From Felis catus (Eukaryota), in assembly GCF_018350175.1 (NCBI RefSeq), contig NC_058368.1, positions 54,438,001 through 54,502,000 of the forward strand: 64,000 bases of DNA. The letters are read 5' to 3'. Below, one piece after another: positions 1-12,329 of the stretch. The notes below the pieces were generated by a model. It did no database searches. It saw only the letters and a list, made by a program, of their open reading frames with translations, and was not told where the DNA came from. Each line of letters opens with the position of its first letter. Positions within the stretch are counted from its first letter, which is position 1. The translations under genes and the position numbers were made by a program.

Positions 1-429
1 TGATTCTCATTACTCTTTTGAAGTTGAGACTAAAAACAAAAGATAAGAGTCGGAAATTACTTATATCCGAGCCAGCTTCCTATCATCATTAATGAAGTTA
101 TCTTTATCTCCATGGGTTGTTTATTATTCTGATTTAATATAAAAAAGTTGATGTTTCTGAAAGACACTGTGTTCTTTTGAGGTTAGTAAAAAGCAGATAA
201 TAAACTACCCGTAAACCCCAAAAAAGGAATGTATAAATCTACGGTGCAGTTTTTATTATGTTTCAGGCTTTTTTTGCTTCTTATGTATTGATCATGAACT
301 ACATGTTTACATTAAGGTTTTTTTCTAGGCTTTGACATAAATTAATATTTAATTAAAGTAGAAAAGTAGATTCTTTAGAGGAAATTTTTCTTGGAATTAT
401 AGAATTAAACACAGCACACATTTAACTTT

Positions 430-672
430 TTATATTTTGTAATATATATAATTTCACATATATATATGTGAATATATACTTATATACATAAATATATACT
501 TGTAATATAAATATATATAATATTATATATTATATATATATGTATATATATTATGTATGTACATATACATGTACATATATATTTATATAATATGTATATA
601 TAATATAAATATATATACTTACATATTTACATATATAAGTATATATATTCATATATATAAATATATATATAA
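430..672. repeat. Degenerate (TA)n low-complexity tract
   Basis: Near-continuous TATA/TACA run. Confidence 0.9.
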
Positions 673-2141
673 GATTTCACAAATTTTACCCTTGTAAATA
701 TCACCAAGTGAGTTATTATTACATATTGGATTATCAGCTAACATTATGATAAAATAGAAAGCTAAAATAAAAGCAGATTTCTTGTCAGCCACACCTGCTT
801 AACACTCTGTGAGTTACTATGAGAAACATATACAAAGTTGCAATCTGATTGAGAGGCGAAGTTTACATACAGAAAACAAGCAGAGAATGCTATCGCTTGT
901 GTAAGAGATTGAGCTGAAAGAATTGAGCTGAAAGAAGATGCTAAGCACTAACACTAAGGAAAATTGAACAGTTACCTGATGTTTCTCAGTAAGTGAATAT
1001 GGGGGTTAGAGTCAAATTTTATCATTTTTTTTTTCATTTTCAGTCTTGCCACTACGCCTAATTTTTTTAAAGAACGTAATATAAAGGGTAGTACACATAT
1101 TGTGTGAAGTGTTTCTGGGTGACATCGTGGAGATTTCTTTTCCAAATGTCATTTTAACATTACTTAGAGCTGAAAACTTTCCCCATACATGTACGTAGAG
1201 CCTTGAGAGGGAACAGGAGAAAGAAAAGCTTGTAGGAAAATTTTGAAGTTGGAAATAATTTTTGAGGAAGTAGGAAAGAAAACTGCCTAAGGAAAATCAA
1301 AGATTATTAAGAAGCACTAAATCCCCAGATGAGTGGACAACCACACATTTATGATCAGACAAATCTGTGCATTTGGGAGAATTTCCTGAGAAATGCTCAG
1401 GAGCTGAGGCATGATAATATTAAAATTCTAAGATTAGTAAATCATATTATGTTCATTTCAATCTCCCAGCCTCTTTAAAATTTTTGGTGCTCAGTGATTT
1501 GTTGTTAATATAAAGTGGAAATCCAATTTGTTTTGGATTTGACTTGCCTCTTCTCCAACCACTTAAAATCCCTCCATCCACTTGGAGATTCTCAAGGAGC
1601 ATCATTTTTAACATGGGTCTCTTTCAGTGATTGTTCTGAAGACATCCATCATCACTGTGTATGATGCCCAGTACAAAGAGAACTCTTGAAGAACTCTCAC
1701 ATCCTGATCTCTTCTCTATTCTTGCTTTGGTCTTCTGTTGAGAATGTGCTAAAGAGAAAGTACCTATCAATGTGTTACCAGCGTAAAATAAGATAAGCAA
1801 AGGGGCCTTTTGCTCAGTGAAACCTCTACCAATTGGCATTGTAATAAATAAAAATCTATCCATTTTTAATCCTTTCTACAATTCAAACTCAAAAGGAAAG
1901 GACTAAAAGTAAATGGGACAACTGTTTGTTTTCAGATCTTTCCCCAAGAGCATATTTTACAATGAAACAAAGGATGAGACCCCAGAGTACAGAATGAATC
2001 TACGTGTGTACTGGGAACTGGGAGATGAGGGCAAACGTGAGTGCAAAGAGAGAAAGAAGATGGAGGCCCCATGATTCTGCTTCCGTGGCAACAGCCAAAG
2101 CCATATTCTGCCACTTCTACCGTATCTCCTCTATTCTCTAG

Positions 2142-2198
2142 ATGGCGGCTGCTCAGCCAAAGGAAAGAATTCGATCTGAGGTTGGAGGAAGAGGAATG
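2142..2198 (+). other. Candidate 57-nt internal exon of an unknown transcript
   Basis: Polypyrimidine tract ending ...ctcctctattctctAG (2141); donor ATG|GTAAGT (2199-2204); two frames open (MAAAQPKERIRSEVGGRGM; WRLLSQRKEFDLRLEEEE); no homology recognised. Confidence 0.3.
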
Positions 2199-2470
2199 GT
2201 AAGTTTTCTTTGGAGCCTGAATTTGAAGAAAAGTTGAAGCATGCGAGAATAAATGAAGGTTGGGGGCGGTATTGGTGTAAAAGGGCAGCAGTCCCGTCGG
2301 AACAACGTTAGGCATTGGGGGTTACAGATCGGCAGTTTAGGTAGGTGATAAAATTTGGAGACAAATCTGGAAATCATTCACATCAAAATAATCTCTCGTG
2401 TTCAGGTGATGGATTCGTCGTGGAGTTCCTCATAGAATGAGAGGAATACTGAAAATAAAAATGTAATTTA

Positions 2471-2712
2471 ACATAGTGATTGAGAACTCAGGTCTTGGTC
2501 TCTGAGACTTTGCTGTCAATTAGTGCTCTTGGAATTTCTGTCACTTTGGACAAGATACTCAACATATTTTAGCCTCGGTGACAGCTTTGGTAGCTGGAGA
2601 TCACACATACTTTGGAGAGTTTCGGCTGAGGATTAAATGGATAATGCATGTAAAGGGCTGGACGGATGCCTGGTATTTACTATGTCCTCAACTGTGCCTT
2701 AGTATTATTATT
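2471..2712 (+). mobile_element. MIR SINE fossil
   Basis: MIR core-like ...gtcactttggacaagatactcaac... and 3' gaggattaaatggataatgcatgtaaag...tgcctgg. Confidence 0.75.
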
Positions 2713-3811
2713 AATGTTATCATTATTCCAGGATATATAAAAATTGGCAGGCTTGCCTTTCACCAATTGTTGGTTTCTTAAACAACTATCAATCACAGTC
2801 TTCTCCACTGTATACATAGGATACTTGATAAAAATGCAAGAGGGATTTTTAATGGCTTTAAAAAAAAGTCACCGGAGTCAGGAAAAAGCACCTGGTGAAT
2901 GTTAGCATATTCAAAGTCTACAGGCAATTCAATTCAACGAATAAAGGAAATCCAACATCAGTCTGAGTAACTGTCAGTCTCCAAAATTGATTTTTGTTGA
3001 GTGTGGAGTGATAATCTTTTACCCAAGTTTCTTAGGGCGAGGGTTTTACAAGGGGGTTGTCTGATAGTTGAGTCTGTTTTAAAAGATATTTCTGTAAACA
3101 TGCTAAAGTGCTTCCTGTCTCAGCCTGGTTCTTGCTGAATGACATGGCATTGAACAGTGTTTGTGCCTGGAGCCTAAAATGCAGGAAGCTATAGATCATT
3201 CTGAATGAATAAATCATGTGTGTTCCTGCTGTCAATTCTGCTAACGCTTTTGTAGAAGCAGTGGCAAACTATCAATAATTAGGACCAACTAGGTCAGCTA
3301 TTTAGTACCTTGACAGAGCAGTAACAGCTGCTTCTGTATATATTTCTTTCTTTCTTTTAACGCACTGAAGCACAACTTAGAAAAAAATTCGTTCCTAGGA
3401 TGTGTCTGTCTGGGTTTTTTTTTCTCCACCAGTGTTTTCTCATGTGAGGCAATAAAGCATCCATAAAAGCAAACTATTTTTGAATAATGCAGATAATCTT
3501 GATGAGGCATTGAATTATGAGAAGGAGAGATGAGCCGAGAACAACAAAAAAGTAAAAGGGAAAAAAATTTAGGTGCTCTTCTCTTCCAAAAACATCTAAA
3601 TTGATCGCTCCATTTTGGAGGGAAAATAGATAATTATTAGGAATGTATAAATCAAACAAATGTTTAGCAGCTCACATTTGTTTTATATAAATTTACATGA
3701 ATTCTATACAAGCAGTAATTAATAATCTCCATTTAAAGTCAGGGACATAAAATAGCAACTAAACATAAAATAGATATCTTCTCATCTTAAAATAATTTTG
3801 AATGTCTACTC

Positions 3812-4034
3812 TTTTATTTTTTAAATTATTTTTAATGTTTATTTATTTTTGAGTGAGAGAGAGTGTGCACAAGTCGGGGAGGGGCAGGGAGAGAGGGAGA
3901 CACGGAATCCAAAGCAGCCTCCAGGCTCTAAGCTGTCTGCACAAAACCTGACATGGGGCTCGAACCCACAAACCATGAGATTATGACCTGAGCTGAAGTC
4001 AGACACCTAACCCACTGAGCCACCCAGGTGCCCC
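3812..4034 (-). mobile_element. Carnivore SINE (SINEC)
   Basis: T-rich tail, (GA)n tract, ends ctgagccacccaggtgcccc (reverse of tRNA-like head). Confidence 0.95.
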
Positions 4035-7000
4035 TTATTCTCCTCAAGTTTTATGTTTATTCAGTGTTTGTTGAGTTCTTAACAAACCTGCACCAAACCT
4101 GCTTCATTTAGCAAGTATCTATAAATTTTTTGAGATTTTGGCTTTAATACAGATTTTTTTTCCCAAAGAGAAACATCCAGGTAACAAACGTATCTGTGAA
4201 GCAAGCACTACACTTTTTATGAGCATATTTGGCCAAATAACTATGTAATCTTTATCCTAAGGAAACTTATTAAACTAGATAACACAGTTAAGTGAATAAT
4301 TTTTACAACATAGGGATGACAGTAACTATGATAAAGGCATTTTCAGGGTACTAGGTGAACATAAAATAGAGGCATCTAAATCATATGGACTGGCTATGAA
4401 AGTATAATTCAAACACGAGTTCAGGTAGGAGATGAACAGGATATTAGAGTGTTAGGGTTCTCATCACGAATGGCCTTGTGGGTTAAATTAAAGCACTTGA
4501 CTTTTAACTAGAAAGTTAAAGGAGGCAGTAAAGGTTACTGAATACCTCAGAGGAGAGATGGGGTTAAGAAAAATCACGGAGGCCTAAACAATCAAAAGGT
4601 TATAAAAGATCCCCAACAAAGAGGACACAGTGTTAAGGTGCCCTGAACCTGAGCGGGTTTGGAAAATAAGGTTTACAGTATGTTCCTTTACACTTTTCTG
4701 TGTTTGAACTGTTTAGTGATAAAATAGACCATATTAAAGAGAAACTGCTATTGTCTTTACCAACTGCTTATGGGTTGATTTTTTTAAATTTTATTTTACT
4801 AATAATGTAATTCATAACAGTTTGTAGCTAAATTAAATAGCTTTGCCTGGCAATTAAACCTATTCTTATCCAATCTATTATTTTACTGCTATATAAAATA
4901 GGTCCCACTGTGAGTTGTCTAACTATAAAATTAGAGCCCTCGAGGACAAAGAACTAAATCTGATTATATTACATTTAAGTCACGCTTTGTATGCATAACC
5001 TCTTGCCAGTGGCCTATCTCCATTTGCACTGAGTTTAGCACCCTCCTCAGTCAATAGTTTTAAACCTTTCTTTAGCCCATAAACTTGTTTTTTTCCTGCT
5101 GCATAAGACAAGGGAAACTGTTTACACATAGATGAATTTTTAACAACTATTTTAATATCTCTTTTAAAAGTCTCTCCGTGGATGGATGGATGTCTTTATC
5201 TGAGCCAAGCTTCTGTCAACTTAATAACTACAGTTCTGAGATGGAAGGGCACTGTTATGTTGTCAAAGCACTTTCATCTGAATGTTACTCTCACGTAAAA
5301 ATGACTTTTGGAAAGTTCTTGTTCCAGAAGCCAAAAGATAATGGGTCCATGTGGAATATGCATGTTTACTCACTTGTGCAATGGGTTATTAAGGCAAATC
5401 GGTTGAGGAATGTAACATCGATTTTTAACACAACGTGAGGTTGCTATGCTTGTGTCATTTGTCATACCCAGACTTCCTTAAAAGTCTGGACACCTCAGTT
5501 TTGATATTCTGTTTATTTCCTTACTCTGGACTTTTCACCTCCAAGCTGGGCACAATAATATTTATCTGGTTTTGGAAAGCTTAGTACTATCTTGATATCT
5601 CTGATTCTGACTCTCAGGTAATAGTCTTCCTTTTTAGGAGAAATAAAACAGAAATGTGAAAGTATTATTTAGGCATTCATTGAAGAATTTGGATCTCTGA
5701 ACATTTCATTTAATGGTAACATATACTTCCTAAAATTAGTCTCTTATTTGGGTAAATTTTAACGGCTTTTCAAACATTAGGCAAGATCCTCTCTTCACTG
5801 GAGAAAGAAGATTTTACAATTTAATGGCAACAGGTTTTATAGTAGAAAAAGCGTATCTAGTGTATATTTTTTAAACCTTTGAAAGCTGATGTGCTATTTC
5901 ATTCACAAAGATTCATTCCTAGAAAAAAATAATTTCAATCATCTGGGTATATGTTTCAGGGGAGTGCAAATATCTCAATATAAAACATATTAACATAACA
6001 TTCTATCATTGTGGAGAAAAGCAACTCTAATCCACAAATTCATGAACACACACAAAAAAATCAAGTGGTCTCCCCTTATAGAAACAACTATTTGAGGTAG
6101 AGTTTTCAGGATTGCAAAAACTCAAAACTTGAGCCAGATGTTTTAATAACCTACATTGATTTTCGGTCTTTGTAGTGAAACAAAAATCAGGTAAATATTT
6201 CATGACTTAAAGGTTTCATTAGGAACTTTGCTGCATCCAATTACTGACAGCTGTTACTTAATCACACATCATGTTATAAATTCATACCTTCTGTTCCACA
6301 ATCAAAATCAGTACCACAGGGGAGGAAATGAAAGCGAATCCATTTTACACCTAGGTCCTTTTCAACCAGGGGCTCGTGGCATTATATGCATATTAATTTC
6401 CCATCAAGTAAAAGTGATATTCAGTAAGTTAGCAGTCATGAGAGAAGCCGTAATTTGGACATTACTTATTATTGTAAAGTCTTGAAAATGATGAAGGATG
6501 CTTTTGCCAGTGCCGCAAAGAAATGAATTTTATTTTTGTTTTTAAATTGCAAATAATGTGAAAAACAATGACATATGGATGATATCTATGCACACATATA
6601 TATATCTGTACACACTCTAAGGAGAAAGTAATAATCCACCCACCTGAGACAGACAATTCTGAGAGAGAGAAAAACAGTCAAATATGGTAGTTAGAGAAAC
6701 CGAGGCAGGTGGTAAACTTTTCCTACTTGTTACTTTGTTCAAGAATCATGGTTTTTTTTTTTTTTTTTTAGAGTTCTAAGGAATCTATGGGTATTCTTAA
6801 AATACCATAATGAGGAGTAGGCTACCTATTTACATGTTTAGACCCTTGTAATATTTCATTTGGCTTTTGTTACTGAACACGTTTATAGTTTTGGAGAACT
6901 TACTGTGGGAATTTAATTGCTTCTGCAGCATCAAAAAACCATCTTGAGGTGCTAATGTATAGACTACACACAATGACCCATGCTGAGAGTAGAAGCAGTA

Positions 7001-8262
7001 ATCATGGTAAACAACGTACATTTCAATCAAATTATATTTCAAAGTGATTTATCTGGCAATTTTACACTTTTCTTGGCTTATCTTGGTGTCAAAGCATAGT
7101 CTACAGGCCTTCTTGACATCTGAACAAACCCTCTGCTATAATCCTAGGTAATACAACAAAGGAGTAGCATCTATCAAGAAGTCTAAGAGCCATTCCACAG
7201 ATTCTAAGCTATCGGATAAATATTACCCCAGGGAGTCTTCAACACACTAAGAGAACGCTGCCCCCTGATGAAATGTGTCCTTGCCAGAGCCAGATAGAAT
7301 CTGCCATCTGCAACCCTCAGTTTTAAGGGAAAAAGTTAATGTCATAAAGAGGGCCACACTCTTTGCAAGTAACTGAAGACAGCTTTTCTTTGCTTCAGTC
7401 CAGGGCTGTTGTCAACAAAATAAGCTTCTCTCAGGACCAGCGATGACACTGGCTCATGAGCAGGAGTTCTACACTGCTGTCTGTGTTACTAGTGACAGTC
7501 TACATGTGGATATCATCTGTCTCCTTGGCTGCCCACCCAGTTAAAACTCTTAACAGTGTCCTTTGGCAGGGACTGAAACCATTGAGGCAACCACATGTCT
7601 GATCTCTGATATTGTGACCAAACCATTGACCATGTCAGACTGATATCTCAGCCCTTCCAAAATTCTGAAGTTCTAAGCAGAAAGCTAAATATAAGCATGA
7701 GTTGCTTCTTTATGTACTGTATCAAGGTTTACCAGTACATCACTTTGGGTAAATCAAACTTAAAAACATTTTTGTTTTTGCTGCTTCAAATAATGTTTAT
7801 TTAAAAAAAAATCAGATCAGTGTAATAGATCACTTGAGTAACTTTGTCTAGCTTAGAACAAAATAATTTTCTTGGGATGCAGTTAAGCCACTTCCGTGTC
7901 TATTTTTTGATAAGTAATTCTTCCTAATTCATCTGAAAAAACATTAGCTATATTATCTATGTCTTTTCTTGAGAAAACACTCCCCAGTAAATCCATAGCC
8001 ATACATGCAGAAATAGGATATTCTTAAGAAATCAGATTTTAGGTGTAATCCACAATTACCCGAGCATAATTGTGTGAAATAACCAAATGCCATCAAAGGG
8101 CAAATTGACTATGTCTGGAATAAGGGATCATTTTAATGTAGGCATGAGAAGCAATGATATATGAAAGGGCTTATTTGTAAAAAGTAATTGACTTTTGGAG
8201 CTGTTTTTTTGATACTTGGCTCCTACTAGTTAGTAAAATTACATGAAAAAAAATTTAAAGTT

Positions 8263-8386
8263 CAGTGATTATGGGCCCTATCCCAGACTTACAGAATTAG
8301 AAATCTCTGAGTTGAGATGCAGGAATATGTGTTTTAAAATCCTACTCCAGTGATCTTGATGTACAGCCAAATTTGGTAACCCAGTG
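8263..8386. mobile_element. MER5A-like hAT-Charlie DNA transposon fragment
   Basis: gggccctatcccagacttacagaattagaaatctctg...caggaatatgtgttttaa...ccagtgatcttgatgtacagccaaatttggtaacccagtg resembles the MER5A consensus half. Confidence 0.75.
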
Positions 8387-9936
8387 ACCAAACACCAAAT
8401 GTGGAAGATAATCTTATTTCCATCAAAACTAGGTGAGTTAAAAAATAATTCTCATCAGTCCTAGAAAGTATTTCCTAAAGGAATTCCAGACATCCCTGTG
8501 CCAAACACATTTTGTACTAGAGCCATTGTACCTCCTGGGTTTCTAGCATATACATAGACTTCTGGTAGAATAATTAGGAGAATACTGCATTTTGTATTTA
8601 AAATATGAATTTTTGTCAACTACAGAAAGATAAAAAAATGTATCCTCAATAAATACAGCAGTTCAAATAACAATAATAATATTAATGCAGGATTTTGACA
8701 TATCATTTATAGTTTCTGTATATATTTTTATAGTTTCTGTATATTTACTTTAGTTCTAAGTATGGTTTACTCATGCTTGATTAGCTTAACATACTTATAA
8801 ATTACCAAGAATCCCAACACATAATTATTAAAGAGAGTTATCTAAGTATAGTGGACTTCTCTGGCATTTCAATCATATACAGATATCCAGATACAGAAAA
8901 TCAGATAAACATGTTTCTCATAAAATGTTTTTGGAAAAGTGTACATTATTCATCCAATGTGCTGCATTTTATATAAAGATACCTTAGTGTTCCCCAAGGA
9001 GCAGTTGGATTTCCACCTGTTCCCTTCCATCCCTCAGAAACTTCAAGCCTCTTGCAATGGTTCTTATTTCCTCTCATGCATAGTTCCGATAGGATTACTA
9101 ATAATCACAGCCCATATATCTAATGTTTAGAAAGTACAGGTAGATGCATTATCATCATGTCATTATTTCCATAATATTGCAAATAAATAAGGAATGACAA
9201 AGAGGATGATAACAATGTTGAGAATAATAATGATGGTGATTGCCAAAAGGTCAAGGAGAGAAGGAGGAAGAAAAAAAGGTGATGAGGGAGAAAAGAGAAT
9301 CACAACTTTAGTAATTTTTTATTTTGATTAGTCATCATGAGCTAGATTCAAAGTCAAGCAATTTATAATCTATCACGTAAGCACTGCAGAGTCCCATTGC
9401 TATATACAGAATTGTTTATATAGTTTGCTCTAATCATTAAACAACAACAAAAAGGATGCCAGATATCTGGCATCAGATAACCCTGATCTGCCCAACTCTT
9501 TGGGATAAGTTATGAGAATTACATACTCTTGGAAAAACTAATGTATAGAAGCAGAAAGCCTATTTTGAAAAAAATCATATAGCAATAAATTCAGGTCTCT
9601 GTACAACAGAATTCTAGATATTTGCAAACAAGTACTTTTTCCACGACATTTAATGACAAAGTAAATGGACAGCAATACTCTATAAATACTTATGAAACTA
9701 CACTTTCAGAAGAGTGGGTGTACATCTACTTTATTGAAATTTTTATCCTATGAATAAAAAGATACTGTACCCTGTTTTTTCATCATGTAATGTTATGAGC
9801 AAAAATATTACATTTTATGTGTTTTCATTATGTAATGTTAAAAGTGTTAACACTAAAAACAAGGCTATGAGATCAAGATCTCATCATGTTGTATAAAAAG
9901 GCATTACAATTTAAAGTTAAGAATGTGAATATTACC

Positions 9937-10173
9937 GGGGCGCCTGGGTGGTGCAGTCGGTTAAGCGTCCGACTTCAGCCAGGTCATGATCTCGCGGTCC
10001 GTGAGTTCGAGCCCCGCGTCAGGCTCTGGGCTGATGGCTCGGAGCCTGGAGCCTGTTTCCGATTCTGTGTCTCCCTCTCTCTCTGCCCCTCCCCTGTTCA
10101 TGCTCTGTCTCTCTCTGTCCCAAAAATAAAATAAAACGTTGAAAAAAAAATTTTTATAAAAAAAAATAAAAAA
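9937..10173 (+). mobile_element. Young SINEC_Fc with perfect 18-bp TSD
   Basis: CpG-intact body; TSD aagaatgtgaatattacc at 9919-9936 and 10174-10191; TT|AAGA nick site. Confidence 0.98.
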
Positions 10174-10220
10174 AAGAATGTGAATATTACCAATATTACA
10201 GCTTCTGAGTGATGATATTA

Positions 10221-10414
10221 ATTTTTTTTTTATTTTAGAGAGAAAGCATGCACACAGGGGAGAGGGGCAAAGGGAGAGGGAGAGAGAGGATCTCAAGCAG
10301 GCTCCATGCTCAGTGTGGAGCCAGAAGTGAGGCTCCATCCCATGAGGCTGGGATCAAGACCTGAGACAAAATCAAGAGTTGGATGCTCAACTGACTGAGT
10401 TACCCAGGCACTCC
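10221..10414 (-). mobile_element. Older carnivore SINE
   Basis: Ends ctgagttacccaggcactcc; decayed TSD gatgatattaaatttt / gatgatcctaaatttt. Confidence 0.93.
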
Positions 10415-10593
10415 AGATGATCCTAAATTTTTTTTAAAGAAGTTCTGGTATTTAAATTTTAAAAATACCATAGAACAGGTCATTATAAAGTTTTATGTTT
10501 ATTTATACCTGAAAAGTTAGATATACTTATTGGGTATGCATTTAGCATATATTAAAAAAAGATATCCAAGATCCTTTTAAGAAAGCTATTTTT

Positions 10594-10767
10594 GGGGCAC
10601 CTGGATGGCTCAGTCAGTTAAGCCTCTGACTTCGGTTCAGGCCATGATCTCATGGTTCGTGGGTTCAAGCCCCCCATCAGGCTCTGTGCTGATCACTCAG
10701 AGCCTGGAGCCTGTTTCAGATTCTGTGTCTCCCTCTCTCTCTCTGCCCGCACCCCCCCTCACGCTGT

Positions 10768-10798
<31 letters not shown>

Positions 10799-10814
10799 CT
10801 AAATAAAAAATTTT
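10594..10814 (+). mobile_element. Carnivore SINE
   Basis: ggggcacctggatggctcag head, (CT)n, A tail; flanks share agctattttt. Confidence 0.95.
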
Positions 10815-12329
10815 AAAACAGCTATTTTTCCAAAGAATACCTCTTTAAGACAAAGAAGCCCCCCCGCCCCCGCCTAAAATAGTTCTAGTATGGTATCATT
10901 AAAAAACAAATGGATTTTATGTTTAAACTTTTTCATTTATTGACTTTCATTTAAAAAATCCTAATTGTATTGCCCTTCCCTTAGAGTCCACAGATACACA
11001 TTTTGGATGTGCTGCCTGGAGATGATGCAAGTGCTGTCAAGTTTCCCAACCTGGATTTTATTTCCTTCATGATGAGAAATAGAAGTACATAATTTGGCAG
11101 AGAGAAAAGTGATTATCCTGTTGGTTAAGAGGAAAATGTTTTAGTGATATGAAAAATAAAAAATCACTACAAATTCCAAGTGATATGTGATGCTGCTGTA
11201 AGTGTGGGAGGTAAGAATGTCTGGGGAAAAGGAATTGTTTGTGGAGGATGGGTGGGTTTGAATGAGTGGGACTTTGTTCCAGAAAACTAAGATGGGCAGA
11301 TGGAGTTTGGTTTTGGAGCATGACTTAGACTGGAATGTGCATCCAGAAAAATCCACTGTCTCTCTATTTTTCATTTTCTTGATGCATCCTCTAACTTTGT
11401 TTTCTGTGTCTTTTTTCCCCTGCGTTTCACTCCTGACCTTTTCTTTTAACCATTTTTTTCAAACAATTATGCCTTTACATGTCTTGATTACATGTCTTCT
11501 TGTTCAAAACACACGCACAAATGACGTGCCTCCAACTTATACATATAGAAGTGCTATTAAACTATAAAAGGCCCAGGTGGAAGAACACTGCAGCCTGGAC
11601 CATCTGAAGAGCTATATCTTGCTCTAGGTTTTCCCAAAGTTGGCAGATTTTAGGGTCAACTCGATAAATGAGTCTGTTCTGAACAGTATATCGAAAGTGG
11701 TGTATGTAACTTCTCAAATCCAAAGAGACATACCTAGCATGTAGTTTTCAAATGCACCATTTTTTTTTACACCTGAAGGTAACTAACTTACATGTTCAAA
11801 CTATTAGACACTAGAAACTTTACAGAGGTATCAGGCTCCAGGATTTATCTCCCTATTCATAAATATAACTTAAAAGACCTCCATGATAACTGGTAATTCT
11901 GAGTTACCAAGTCCTATTAGAATGCTATTACTGCTGTAGTGTTTGAAAGATCCATAAATGCATAATAGGTCCTGGGATCTGTGTTGATATGCAATTGGAG
12001 TAAATAACTGATTAAGCTTAAAATAACTGCCTGGTATATACTAAGAATAATCATCTCCTGTACTAGCTGATTTAAAGGAGAATGTAATAGAGATCCTAAG
12101 TCTTGCATCTTTAAAGTTTTGATGATGGTGTTAGTCATTGATTTCCCCAGGAGTATAACACTGTTTTTAGCATCAATTTTGAAAGGTAGGGTAAATTCCA
12201 GGAACTTTCAGTGTTCAAACTTTCTCTCACTCCATGAATTGGAAAAGCAACATGGGCATTATGCTAGTTATTAAAGTATCAGTTATATGTAATTAATATA
12301 ATTGGATTTATCTTCCTATCTAAGAGAAA

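Noticed and set aside
908..935. Short tandem duplications (attgagctgaaaga x2; also about 8706-8745 and 57733-57762)
   Set aside because: Ordinary two-copy slippage events with no spacer structure; not CRISPR-like
9937..10015. tRNA-like A/B box sequence
   Set aside because: It is the tRNA-derived SINE head followed by (CT)n and an A tail, not a tRNA gene
9886..10338. Recurring ORFs (GAPGW..RLSVRLQPGHDLAV, WDRERQSMN, HRIGNRLQA), also at 43340-43654, 52231 and 55123, suggesting a gene family
   Set aside because: They are translations of SINEC copies
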